DNA of 62,000 nt from Vicugna vicugna. Taxonomy: Eukaryota. Positions within the stretch are counted from its first letter, which is position 1; each line of letters starts with the position of its first letter. A program made the position numbers and the translations under genes. Location: positions 3,205,037-3,267,036 of the forward strand of contig MU058463.1 of assembly GCA_013265495.1 (NCBI GenBank), read 5' to 3'. The notes under the pieces are model-generated. The model had not been told where the DNA came from, did not search any database, and saw nothing but the letters and a program-made list of their open reading frames with translations. Below, piece by piece: positions 22,754 through 35,900 of the stretch.

Positions 22754-24629
22754 AAGTAGAAAATCTTTTGTGTCCAGAGATAAAATAAGTGAGTTGGCTC
22801 CTACTGTATGCTTATTTTTCTTTCCCTACCTTAACTAACACTCATCAGAGCTGTGAAAATGATCGGCCTGGTGTGTATTAATTATTCAATATTTATTTTT
22901 AAACCGTAGATGGGAAATAATTGTGAATTAGATCAATAAAAATATATTGTGAAGCATATTTAAATCCATGAGTTACAGCATTCATAATAAAGCAATATTC
23001 ATCATCAATAATTTTTCATTTCTCTTTGACACAGAAAATGCAGATAAATTACTGCATTTAGGAGTTCTCTTGGGTAACAATGAGGAGTGTGGTGGAAGAT
23101 CCACTCAGCCTCTCATAGAGCCCCCACAAAAGAGTGTGGCCATGTAAGTGACCACCATCAGGATCATTGATATTCTGGCACCATTTCATGTTAAAAGAGC
23201 CAACTTAGTAGAAACGGCAAAGTGTCTCTACAGAAGCAAAACGAAATTCACAGTTGAATAGCACTTGGAGGAGCGTGCATTATGACACTGAACTGCTTTC
23301 TTTTTAAACCTCTATTATAGTATTTGTACTTCTGTTCCAGACTTGGATGGGACAAAGGCTGCATCTGATTTTGTTTTCAATAAGGTATTCTGTCCTGCAG
23401 TGACAATGCAGAGAACCAATAACATATTGAGTTTTCTGTAATCTATTTGACATGCATATTTCACTGTATATTCAATAAAAACTCAGCTATAGTTCTCCCT
23501 AAATCAGGAATCTCATTATTGATATGCTTTATGTCTCATTACGGGTCATATTTTTAGAGTCATTTTGCTGTTCATATTTTAGAATATTAAGATCTTATAA
23601 ATAACTGGGTCATGTTCATGGGATAAAGTGACGAAGTAATAAAGTGTTTTAAACAGCATTAAAAATAAAAGAAAATATTAAGTATAAATGTGTTCTATAA
23701 AATAATATTCATTCTTGCCACCAAGGTTATGAAATTAGAAGAAAACCATTCAAGGTTCAAAGAATGGAAAGAGAAAATAGATAACTCATCCATTTACAGC
23801 TATTATTTAAGGTCCTAATCACGCGGTCTCTCAAAATAGTGGATTCAAGCTAATCATCAGAGTCTTGACCTTGACAGCTTTCTACATTTTGTCCTTCATC
23901 CAAACCAATACTCATTCATACTTTCAAAGGGCTCTGCCCCAATATATCAGATGGCTTGCAAACAATTTTAAAACCCTTGCAAAAAAAAAGTATAGGAGCA
24001 GGATTCCATACACTAGAACAATTCCTGGAGACTTGTGAAATTGTATTTTTGTCTAAATGTTGAATAATCAAAATATCTGTGAGTCTGAGTCAAACCACCA
24101 CTAATAATGACTAGTTTGCTTTATTTATCCACGTATGAGTTCCAAAAAGAATTTTCAAACTTATTTTTACATATCACACACTGAAGCTATCCCTATCTGC
24201 ATGATAAGCTGGACAGTAACTGTTCACTTTCAAATTGAGAACTACTTACATTGACTTATGAGTAACCTGTGTTTAATTCCTCGTACCACCCATTACAGAA
24301 CATAATGAAAAAAATTCTTAAGTGATATTACATATATTTGTTATTAGAAACACTGAGGTGTGAGCAATTCCTCCACCATTTTATGAGGCATATTCAGAAA
24401 CTGGAATTCTACTTGTCATCATAGGCTATTTGCCGTGCTGTAATGGATAGTGGCTAATTAAACTTGCGATGACCTTGTTGTTCTAGTTGCAAATACAATA
24501 GTGTCTTGAGTCATTTACTGAGTTGTCAGTGATGGATGGAATTGCTTCTCAATAATTAGGTGGTAAACAACGTTAACTGAGCAGTAATTCACATTCACAT
24601 TGCTAAGGTACTTTATAGTAACGGGGCAA

Positions 24630-24662
24630 ATGACTCATCACCGCCATCTTTGTGAGATGGCG
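24630..24662. promoter_or_regulatory. AP-1 site next to an inverted pair of YY1 motifs
   Basis: ATGACTCAT at 24630-24638; CGCCATCT (24642-24649), ttgtg, AGATGGCG (24655-24662). Confidence 0.45.
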
Positions 24663-26059
24663 CTCGCTCCCCAGATGAACCATATTCTTCATTGGTACAA
24701 GAGACATTAGAAGATTGTCATATTTCAAATAAGCCAAAGAATACATTCCTCTCTCAAATTTGTCCTATGCACAGAAGAGGCTTCCTCTTCTAAGCTGTTC
24801 TGGTTTGCAATACAAATTGGCAACTTCTCCAGAGTGGCAAGACAGACGGCAAACCGTTTTACTACACTGGCTCGCTTGTCATGGTTGACATGAGGAACAG
24901 AACAAGAGCACAGTGAAGAGAACTCTAATGGTCCAGATGAGTGTTTGGAAAAATAATAAATAAGAGAAAATAAATTTGCTGATTAGAACAACTATTTTCC
25001 CTTTTTATGATACTCTGTTTTTTTTCCCCTTGAATTATCACACATTTTGGCATCCAGGTCTGTTTAGTGGGTGCAATTTTCCTAATATTCCTCTTATTTC
25101 TCTCACACTTATGGTAAACAGGGTTTTTTCCCTCTGTTTCATAGATTAAGACACTGTGATATAGCAAGGTTAAATGGCGAACTGTGACTAAGTTAAAACT
25201 GTTGGTGTAGGAAAAACCAGCCAGATCTTTAGATTTCAAGTTCAAAGTTACTGTTCATGAGAGCATGTGATGGATTAAAATTATGACTTCTGTAATAATT
25301 ACACCTACACCTTTAAGCTGATTCTGAAATCAGACTTCTAAGAAGTATAGAAGAAATGAAGTGCTACAATGTGCAGACCATCAGTTCCTAGGCTACAAAT
25401 GAAAGACTCCAGGAAGATCACCCATCCCTTCATTGTGAGAGGAAGAAATGGAAAGGCAATACTTTTTGCTTGCCTTGCAGACTTACGGACGGTTAATGGC
25501 ACAATTTAACCACATGGAGGAGAATGGAATTCAAGTGACTCAGTGGCCAGGCAGGTAAGGGCATGAACGAGCTGGGTGTTAGACCACAGGGGTGTGGTGC
25601 CCACCTTAGAGGAATGCATACTCTGACACATTCAAACATAGCCCACCTTCCTGCCACCCACCTGCTTGAAACATTTAGGTAGAGCTTGGGTGTTCTGACT
25701 TCCAATCTATAGTTGCATCCACCTTCTTATCATACCACGTGAACTGTCTCAGCCTTCAGGAAATTTTAATCAACAATTTTACCCCTTTCTAAATAATACA
25801 AGAACAATGTGCTGGTATCTTTCTCACTACACAATTTTTTTTTGAGCCAAACAATATATGTTCCCAAAGCAAATTTGGGAGAAACTAAAGAAATGTCTTT
25901 ATTAATGGGATAAGGCATTCTGAATCTTCCCAAGACAGCAGTTTTAACCTATCCTCTATTGTCTTCCTAAATAGAAAAGTTTATCAAATTCTGTCACTTA
26001 TACTTCAGATAGAAGTAAAGCTCCTCTCCCCCACTTCCTCTTAAAATTGCCCCTCTATA

Positions 26060-26215
26060 TTGACTGTCTGGGTTCAGGGCCATCATTTTTCACCTGGACT
26101 GTCAACATTCATTTCCTAACTGGCTTCTCCATGGAGTTAGAAACTTACTCTCCTGTCAGCATGCAGCAGAGTGCCTGACACACGGTAAGTACTCAAAAAA
26201 TGTTGGTCAAGTTAA
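26060..26215 (+). mobile_element. L2 fragments
   Basis: gttcagggccatcatttttcacctggactg ... cctaactggcttc ... gagtgcctgacacacggtaagtactcaaaaaatgttgg. Confidence 0.7.
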
Positions 26216-28044
26216 GTTCAAAACTAGCCAGGTGCCAAAACAGATAACAAAATGCCAATTTCTGTATGTAGATGTCAGGATCCAGAGACCTGATTCTCAC
26301 AGAGTGATGGAACATCACCCTGCATCAGTGAAGCCACAGAGGAGATGCTCATTCCATTATTAGTTTCGACTGAACTGATATCTGGGGACCTTGCTTCAAA
26401 AAGTTTAAAAAGTACATTTATCTATTAGTATTAGTATACATTAGTAAAAAAGTATTAAGCTCATTGCGGAAAATCTTGATAATTGTAATGAAAATTGTAA
26501 TTTAAAATTGATTTTATAGAGATGCATGCTGCTTTAGCATGGATATAAGTGTCAGGAATGTGTGACTTTGTTGTCGGAGCCTAGCTCTTCATTTGGGGTC
26601 ACATGTCTCTGGGGTCATAAGGGAAGATTATCTCTTGGTATTCTTTCTACCTGTAGATTCATAATTTTAGAGTTTCAATGCTGCTTTCTTCATACATACA
26701 CTTAAGTCTGCTCACTAGACCTAGAAATAATTGAGCTGGAAAAAATAATCATGCGTTAGTTTCTTTAGGAAATAAAAGGGCAACTATCTTAAAATCATAT
26801 GCTGTTAAATTCACCAGGACATTTTATTGGTCTTTGAACCCAGGAAGGAAGTTACAAGATTGCTTATCCAATAGAAATGGCATCATTTCTAAAAATTCCT
26901 CAGATTCTCTGCTGAGAGCAATTTAACATGTTTATAAGATCTATTTTTTTTCAGTTTACTTTTCATGTAAATTTGAAGGAAAAAAATTCAAAGCCACATG
27001 AAATTAGCTAAAAGGTGAATACTTTACATTTTAGGATTCCTTCAGTAAATATTTTGGAATATGAAAATATGTCTTAAAGATTTCTAGAGGGCAGGAACTA
27101 AGCACCACTCAGCTTTGAATTGCTGGGGTTATTGTAATACCTGATACATACCTGGGATTTACAAATATATTTTAAGAATAAAGAAACCAGGGAACCAGGA
27201 TGTGAAATGAACCCATTGTGGAAGGGAACAGCCAGGGATACTGCACTGAAATTTAGAGCAGGCTCAAAGCCAGAGTAAGGTATAAGCTGTCCCCACTTCT
27301 GACACCCTGGACTGAAATTATGTAATCATGGCTGTAGCAAGATATTTTGTTTATGGTAAAAGAGTGGGCCCCTGAGAGCTGACATTTCCATCTCCTTTCC
27401 TCTCCCAGGTTAAGATGATATAAAAAGGCAGTGAGCTCAAACATAATTCTCAGACCTGGTGATTCCCTCTTTTGTGTGGCTGCTGTGACCACTAACTTCA
27501 TGTCCACATCCACAAGCAACAAATGCCCTGGGGACCTGAGTTCCTTCCACGCATCCTTAATCATGAGTATGCTCTTGGCACGGCTTGCTTGCTGACTTGA
27601 TAATAAATAATAATAATCCTTAATCCCTTCTGAGTTAACATCCTTGCCTGTTCTCAAATCTAGACCAAACTTTGTAAGGTAGCCAAACTCATACTTCAGG
27701 AAGTCAGGAAAGATCATTATTGATGCACCTAAAATAAACTGAATCTAGCTCACTGAAAAGTTTTATTAAAATTTTCAATTGGGACATGTTTTAAGAATAG
27801 TCCTCACTTGAATCAAACAAGCTACCAGGAGACAGCTGCAGCTCAGAACACAGCTCATGTGTCTGTTTCAAGGAACTCTTGTTCCTTAAACTCTGTACTC
27901 TGTTCTCTTTGCTTTCTAGTTACTCTGCAACTAAGGGTCATATTGGTTTCATAGTTAATGGAGTGTAGAGCTATTTTCCAAACCAGCATGGATTCTTTTC
28001 CTTAATACCCTGATTCCACTGGAATCAAGCTGAATCCATTATTT

Positions 28045-29065
28045 TACCTTTTTTAGTGGAGTGTAACTGTTATGGAGAGAAGTGCAAAAATCATAATCAA
28101 TAAATTATCACAAAATGAACACATCCAGGTGACTATCACACAGGTCAGTACCCTGAAATTCCTGTTTAGGCTCCTCCTACTCCTGTACCAACATCTATTT
28201 CTCTTTCTTCTTTCATATTAATCACTATCCTGACTTCTAACACCATAGTTTATTTTTGCATATGTTAAAACTTATATAAATGGAATAATGCTATATATAT
28301 ATATATCTCCTTTCACATCTGGCTTCTTTGGCTAACTTTGTGAGATGAATCCCAGTTGTTGTATGCAACTTTAGTTTTTCTCTTCCATTTTCATTGTTGT
28401 GTAGTATTTCATAAACGTGTCACCAAGTTATCTAATCTACTGTTTGTGTGTAGGAATGAAATTCCCAGTTATGTAGTATGTGGTTACTTAATCATATACA
28501 CCAGATTTTCAAAATGTTTGTGCCAACATTCATATTATACAGAGAAATGACCTTATCTACATCTCTGCTGACACAAGACAATGTCCGTCTTTCATTTTTA
28601 GCTTTTCTACTGGACATAGAGTCATAGAACCATTTTTAGTGGGTTTACTATCCACTGAGATATCCTCTTTTGTGCGATTACTTTTCAAGTTTCTTGCCCT
28701 CATCTTTTTTGGGTTGTCTCTCATTTTTCTATTAATCTGTAGGTGTTCTTCATCTATTCTGGATATAAATTCTCCATCATTTATATACATTTCATATATT
28801 TTCATCCGTGGTTTGCCTTTTTGTGAAACATAAAGGTTTATCAGTTCAATATAGTTTATTTTATAAACATTTTTCTTTATTAGTCTGCCTTTCATATTTA
28901 GATCTATCATCTACCTAGAATTGTATATGGTATGAGGTAAAGGCCAAGTTTTTTTTTTTTTCTGTATGGATATCCAAACTGCTAAAGATAATTTCTTTAA
29001 AAAGTTGACTTTTTCCTCACTGCTCTGCAATGGAAAATTTTTTTATAAATAAAATGTCCATATAT
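28045..29065 (-). mobile_element. Ancient L1 (L1ME-like) 3' part
   Basis: aagtgcaaaaatcat ... aatcactatcctgacttctaacaccatag ... aacttatataaatggaat ... ttcaagtttcttgccc ... tattctggatat ... gtatgaggtaaaggcc ... atggatatccaa. Confidence 0.88.
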
Positions 29066-29299
29066 TAATGGAAGCTGAAACATTTATCCTCTAAAGGCCA
29101 GGACTGGGATGAAAAGGCACATTTTATCTATGATCAGTTGATTGTAAACAGCTGGGACACTGTGCCAGGAAAGACTCTGAGGTCACATCTGGACTCAATG
29201 AACGAGAACCATTATTGAATAACAGACACTTAAACCTTCTTCCCCACCTTCTTCTCCACCACCTGGAATCGTCTCAGCCTTGCCCTCCAACTATCTACT

Positions 29300-29540
29300 T
29301 ATTGCTCATTTTTCAAATCTTCCTTCAAGTGATGTCTCTTATGCACAGGATAGTTGTGCAGTAAAAATGTCTTGTGCTGTTTTGTCAGAATTATCCATTT
29401 TAGTCTTATCTTTATAATAAGCTCTTAGCCCCTGAAGAGCTATTTGAGGTAAGCTATCGTATTTTATAATAGTTAGAATCTGAATCACCTAGTTTTGTGT
29501 TAGGTACATATCAGGCATTTAATAAATCTTTACTAGTTGT
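29300..29540 (+). mobile_element. L2 3' fragment
   Basis: gctcatttttcaaatc ... tttgaggtaagctatc ... taggtacatatcaggcatttaataaatctttactag. Confidence 0.6.
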
Positions 29541-29603
29541 TTGTCTTACTCAGTAACTGATACTGTTGATAAACTCTCCTTAACTATACTATCTATCTAC
29601 TAA

Positions 29604-29689
29604 GGAATCACTCTGCTGTACGCCAGAAACTAACTCAACATTGTAAATCAACTATACTTCAATTAAAAAAAAAAGAACTTAAAAAAAAA
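29604..29689 (+). mobile_element. Severely 5'-truncated cetartiodactyl L1 3' terminus with poly(A)
   Basis: gaatcactctgctgtacgccagaaactaactcaacattgtaaatcaactatacttcaattaaaaaaaaaa. Confidence 0.9.
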
Positions 29690-31268
29690 GATGTATGCTT
29701 ATGTGTGGGTGTGGGACGGGGCACTGTATACCATGTCCATTTGGATGGGGTGATGTTAGAGGTAAGATACAGGGAAAGAACAATGTAAGCTTCACTAAAT
29801 ATGATGTTCCAATTACAAATAGAAATAAAGATAGTTATTTAGACATAACTTACCAATAGGATAGCTACAGTGGAAACTTTAGTTTAATGATTTATAAAAT
29901 ATTATTTTTCTTTCTAATTTCCCATGGGTCATACGGGTACTTTAGTCAAGACTGAAGCAAGTAATGGACATTTCAGTACAGTATGTGTTTTTCCTTGCTT
30001 CATGACTTCATATTGCACTTATAAGGGCCAATTTTAGCCCATTTATGCATATGCATAATTCCCTCTTTTTATGAGGAACATTCAGTTCCCTAAGAGTTCT
30101 ACTGCTATCTATACAGATTTCCAATTAGAATATTTCTTAATTATTAGAAATATATTGCATACCAAAGGACTACTGGCAAATCTTACCAGAAACACATCTA
30201 AAGGTGCAGATTATAAGTATCATTTGGGGAATGAGTTAAAGGAAAAATATAACAAGAAGTATTCTACAGGGATCAGTTCCCAGTTCAATGCTATTTAACA
30301 TTTTTCCAATGACCAGGATGATGGAATATCAAGTGGGCTTGTTAAGTCCACAGATGACATAGAAATAGCCAGTGTCTTGGAGAATAGAATTAGAATGAAA
30401 AGTGACCATAATATGTGTGAACATTGGTCAAAAATGGAAAGAACAAAATTGAATGTGTATGCACTCCTGTTGTATATGCAACATAGGGTGCAAATGTACA
30501 GGTAAGACAACAAAGGACAAAGAAAATATAAACCAACCAATAACACTTTATTTTTTTAAGATCAGAGGGAATAAATCAAATAGAATATTATTTCAGTCTG
30601 AAGATCATCTGCTTTTTTATAAAAAGGGGCAAAATAACAACTACAAGAGCAGCAATAACAACTAAGAGTTCTTAGGGACAAATATGAACTGTTTCTATAG
30701 GAACCTGTCTGTAGCCATATTGATAAGCCAAAATAACCAATTACTATAAAGATATCCTTTCCTGGTGTCCTGTGATTTTAAAAGGTCAATTATCTTCTTA
30801 AAATGGTAACAACTCAAGTGAAAAAAAAAAGTAAAATGAGAGAATTTACACAAATTTTAAAAAGTTATATACATATGCTTTTACTCACCTGAGTTATCAT
30901 ATGTAAAATTTTGACTTCACAAAACACTTCTCTGTAAATTTTTATTCATATATGCTTTGTCTCACCAACTAGATTGTACAATTTTAAGGTGCAATTGGAA
31001 CTTTAAAGCATGTGAAAACCATTGAATGTAGGGATTACATTTTTAGATAGTTGTTGGTTTGAAACAGTAGAATTTTCTAGTTAATTAGGTCACTCTTTGA
31101 AATAGCATCCATACTGCTATAGTCTAACAAGTCACCTAGTGAATGGTAATGGACAGTATTTCTTTGTGCATCCAAGTAGCTCCTTGGTCTTAGCCTTTGT
31201 GGGGGGTGACGGGGAAAGATTTGCTATTTTTGTGTTCATCTGCACTGTGGAGGTTACTTTCATTACAC

Positions 31269-31754
31269 TAGCAGTTTTCAAGGTGTGGTCCAAAGACCCC
31301 TTGGTCAAGGCTCATTCTGGAGGTGCATGAGGTCAAAACTATTTTCAAAATAAAACTAAGATGTTATTCTGATTTTTCATCCTCCCTCTCCCACAAGTGC
31401 ATAGTGAAGTTTTCCAGATGTGTGCTATGGCAACAGAGTAAACACAGAGGCAATAGGAAAACTGAGCTGTCTTCTATAAAGCCACACATTAACAAGATTT
31501 GCAAAAATTCAAAACATTCCTTCAGTGATATTTTTTCATTTTGTAAAATACAATTATTTTTATAAAAGTTGTGTTTATTAACATGTAATGGGTTCATTGC
31601 TTTTATTTTGAAATTAATTAGTTTGTACTTTAAAATTTCTGTTTTAATTTCTAATAAAGTGACTGTCAAGAGATAGAACAAAAGTTCTTCAGGGTCCTCC
31701 ATAATCTTTAATTGTGACAGCAGGATCTGAGGGCCAAAAGTGTGAAAACCGTTG
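31269..31754. mobile_element. MER119-like hAT-Charlie DNA transposon
   Basis: Termini tagcagttttcaaggtgtggtcc and aagtgtgaaaaccgttg; internal gaggtcaaaactattttc and agctgtcttctataaagccacacattaacaagatttgcaaaaat. Confidence 0.85.
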
Positions 31755-31855
31755 AATTATCCTAGCAGCTTCCAAGTTGTTGGAACTTCCAATTCCATGA
31801 AACCATTTAAGACCGTTTTCTAGGATACCAAGTAGAGAGGAGAGCTGGTATAGAT

Positions 31856-31950
31856 CAGTAGATCTTCACCTTGGCTATATATAGTAGAATCAGCTGAAGA
31901 GTTTCAAAATGAGTATTTATGCCAGGATGCTTCTAAAGATTTATTTTATT
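31856..31950. mobile_element. MER5-like fragment truncated at the adjacent LTR
   Basis: cagtagatcttcaccttggctat ... tagaatcagctgaagagtttcaaaa ... atgccagg. Confidence 0.55.
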
Positions 31951-31959
31951 TATTATCAT

Positions 31960-32573
31960 TATATTTGGAGGTCTACACACTTGCACACGGTAAAGCCAAT
32001 CTACTGACATCAGGTAGGGGTGAAGGAAAGTTTATTGCAGGGCGCCCAGCAAGGAGTCCAGGCAGCTGGTGCTCAAAAGGCCCAGACTCCACCATTGCTT
32101 TCAGGGAAAGGTTTTTAAAGACAGGGTGAGGGAGGAGGGGTGTGGGGTGTGTGATCAGCTCATGGGCATTCTTCTGATTGGATGGTGGTGCGGTAATCAG
32201 GAGTCACCATCATCAGCCTTCTGGTTCAAACCTGTCTACATGCTTGTGGGGAGCACACAGTTAACTTCTCCCACCTGGTGGGGGTTTCAGTATTTGCAAA
32301 ACAGCTCAAAGGACATGACTCAGAATATTATCCATAGCCCTTGAGGAGGAACTGAGGGTCTTTGATTTCGTTTAATGGATAAACTATTATTCTTTTGCTT
32401 TGCTTGACTGTGTTTCTGCACTTTCTCACTCCTCTGATTAAATTTAATCTTTGGAACCCAGGGAAGGCCTAGGAGGCTAAAGTTTTGCTATAAACAAGAG
32501 GCAGCCAGAGGACACAGTGGGAGGTGGGGGATGTCTGTCCGAGGAAGGCTCCAGAGGGCCCTGCTCAGTTACA
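31960..32573 (-). mobile_element. ERV1-class solo LTR (cetartiodactyl LTR39-like)
   Basis: Minus strand begins TGTAACTGAGCAGGGCCC. Contains gtgtgtgatcagctcatgggcattcttctgattgg and ccacctggtgggggtttcagtatttgcaaaacagctcaaagg. Minus-strand AATAAA (plus-strand tttatt) near 32032. Confidence 0.85.
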
Positions 32574-32842
32574 AAGGGACAGAGCCCACACCAGCCTCAG
32601 CCATTTCCAATGTCTTCACCTCTGGGTAACATCTGTGACGTCCTAAATCGATACTTGCTTTCTCTCTCTCTCTCTTTTTCCTTTTTTACATTTCTTATGA
32701 ATTTCAAGTGGTTTCTGATTGTTTTTTCCTTATGTTTTATAGTACAGAAACTAAATTATATTAATCATTAAACTAGTTTAATGATTAAATTACAACAGGA
32801 AGGTTAAAAATCTAGCTCCCATTCTTCAACACAAATGCCTAA

Positions 32843-32922
32843 GTATGTATATGCATAACTGAGTCCCTTTGCCATACACCTGAAACTAACATCACCGTAA
32901 ATCACTTAAAAAATAAATAAAA
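32843..32922 (+). mobile_element. Short L1 3' terminus with A-rich tail
   Basis: tatgtatatgcataactgagtccctttgccatacacctgaaactaacatcaccgtaaatcacttaaaaaataaataaaa. Confidence 0.85.
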
Positions 32923-35900
32923 CAATCATTAGATCCCACTACATACCCCCCTAGAATGGAAAAAAAAAGCATAAGGAATGGTTTGATATTTTGCAAGAAT
33001 GTAAATAAAATAATCTTTCCTGTGTTAGTTCAAATGTAAGAAGTCAGACTGAAATTACATTCCTGAAAGAGCATGTTATTTTTAGTAGAAATCAAGTAAC
33101 TGGGTGAATTTCACCTTCCATTTGACATTTGGTGATTAAGGGGTTCAGATACACGGGCTCCCTCAAGCAGTGGCCAATTCCATAAAGTCATAAAATGACA
33201 ACTTCAAATTTACTGGGGAATTTAAAGAATGTGGTTTTGGGCTCAGTACATCTCACCACTTATTTTTCCCTGTGCCCTTTTTAATATCAACTATTTATAA
33301 TGAATTCAGTCACTGTCTGTAAATCTCATCTTCCCCTTCACATTGGCTCCATATGAGTCATATAGTACATATGTTGTCATTAATTTATTCTAAGTTCATA
33401 ATCTCCAGTACTTAATAGAATAAACCATATTTTACATATTAGAACAAATTTAGATTTTAAAAATGATTGTACATCTTTATCAAGCACCATAGCCAAGCTG
33501 GTAATTGGCTATGATACTTATTAAAATCCCTTTTTATAAAAAATTCCCTGTTTTGAAATTTACTCTTCGGACCATTCACACAAATCTGTGAAAACACTGC
33601 TCATATGTCACTAACACATGAGTATTGCGGTGTGGTGTTTTCTGATGAGGTAGGGTATCTCTTGTGAGATTACATGTACAGATGAAAAAATATGATTCCA
33701 TAAGCTGTTTTCCATTTGCAGTTGAAAAGAAAAAAATATTAGATTCATTTAATTTTCCCATATTAATGCTCAGTTCCAAATTTCTCTGTTTTATGGAATG
33801 ATTCCTGATGACTTCTGTTGTCCCTCAAAATCCAGTTTACTGCAAAAGAAGTATCTTTTACTAAAAGATTGTTAATAAAATATTAAATTGCCTATTAAAA
33901 TTTTTTAAAATGATTTTTCTATATGTGAGTTTGTTTATGACGGAAATAAAAGAAAACTTTCTCATATGCGGCAAATTAACCCTTTTAAAGTATTAATGCA
34001 TAATAGACTGAGGAGAAATATATCTACAATGCATACATACTTATAAATATCTATATTTTATTAGATATGATCTTTGCATAATTTACATTTTATATCAGTT
34101 TTTAAGCACTAGCGAGGGAAGCAAAGATCTTACTTTGTGATTAAACCATAATATCATTTTAAAGTATATCTTGATTTTAGTATACTGTTTTCTTTCCCTT
34201 TTTCTTCTTGATTCCTGTTTTCTTCTTTAATGTGTTATAAAAGATTTTGTATTTCTTAAAACAAAATAAACTCCTTCATTCTTTCTTACGCTAGTTTAAC
34301 TTACTGCTCATGAACTGTAACCTAATTTTTCTGTCCTTTAGTAAATAGATAAGCATGAAATACTAATTGTCAACAAGTGAAGCCTCTACATTGTATTGCA
34401 CACAATTATATAAGAGCTGTACAGAAAAGCTTTGTCTTACAGTAACATTCCATGGGGTTCATAGGAAAGTTTTCATTAACATATAATTCTCTGACAAGAT
34501 GAATGGATAACATTACATAAAGACAGTCAGATAATGAACAGAATCAATACCCAACTGAAATATATTCATTAAATAAAAAGGTTATGAATTGCTTACTAGT
34601 GAGTGTCTGGAGTCAGTATTTTATTGTTACTCTTTATTGTTTTCTCTTTCATGAGAACTGTTCTCATTTATTTGTGTACCCTCTGTTGCACGATGGTTTG
34701 AAACATTATAAAAGAGCAAAGACAAGCTTCTTTCCTGACTTTTGACTAGCTCCTATTTACAAATCCATTTGGGGGGTTTTCCCTAGTTTTGTGTTGGCTC
34801 ATGTTTTGCTATCACCAACTGTGTTTGCCCCTTTTTATTTCTTAAGTAGGAAAGAATGCGTTATACTCCTCGTGGTTGCTTTTTCCTTACAGAATTCCCC
34901 TGGCTCGCCACTGACAGATCTTGATATCCAAGAGGGAGTCGGCTTGCAGGATTAAAGGCAAGAACCTCAATTAGACACTCTCTGATTTCTTCAGATGTTT
35001 TTTCTAATCTTTTAATATGGGATTATAGGCAGCTAGAACCTATGCTGCTGTTATAAAAATAGTGAAGACTCTTTGTTCTAAATCATAAGCACCCGACGTT
35101 TTAAAAATGTCTATTTTTCTTAATTTGAATTAATTCTGGTCTAGATGAGGATAATGAACTTTGGTCAGCTCTTTGCGGTTTGGAGTACAAAATAGCTTGA
35201 TGAGCAGTGTGAAGCACTCACACTCTCCTCAGAATCTGTTGGAAAACTCCCTCAGAGACTGATTAGCTCACGCTTGTCACAAATAGGGGAGATAATTATG
35301 GGGCTTAACAGTCTATGTGGTGGATCTTTTGAGAGGCAATGGGTAGATCTAAGACTGTCTTTGGATCAACCCTAATTCTTATTATTGCACATTTCTTGTG
35401 AGGTTTTTTGTGCTTTTTCTTTTTTAGCCCATCCCCGGAGACTAAACATTGTCTCTTCCCAGAGGATAACATCACATTTCTTTTCCAGAAGATAAAATTG
35501 TCCAAATTAGATTATCTTTAATTAGCCTAATCTTATGAGCCATTCCATAAAGTTTATTGCACCCGTGCTGGCACCATGTTACAAGATTCTTATTGAATGA
35601 ACTAATCTTTCGCCGTGGAAATGATGCTTATAAACAGTATTGCTGATTCCTTTATTACAATAAAGATTTCCTTCTCTGGAGCTTCAGGTTTCAATCGCTG
35701 TTTTATGGTTCTCAGTAATACCAGATGACTTTGTTTTAATGAGAATGTTGACTGATTCCAAATTTCACTTGCTACTACGTTATTCTACTGCAAAATGCCT
35801 CTGCAGTGACAAAAGACAAATAATTAAGTCTCAGGAAATTTCATTTTTATGAACAGTTATTGGGGATGACACTAGTTCTTGTTTAATCGTAAGGACCCTC

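Noticed and set aside
29070..29235. Possible hAT/MER DNA transposon fragment
   Set aside because: I could not match termini or a family with enough confidence.
34893..34957. Exon-like segment with a good acceptor and a GC donor (AAG|GCAAGA)
   Set aside because: Non-canonical donor, stops in all three frames, and no supporting evidence.
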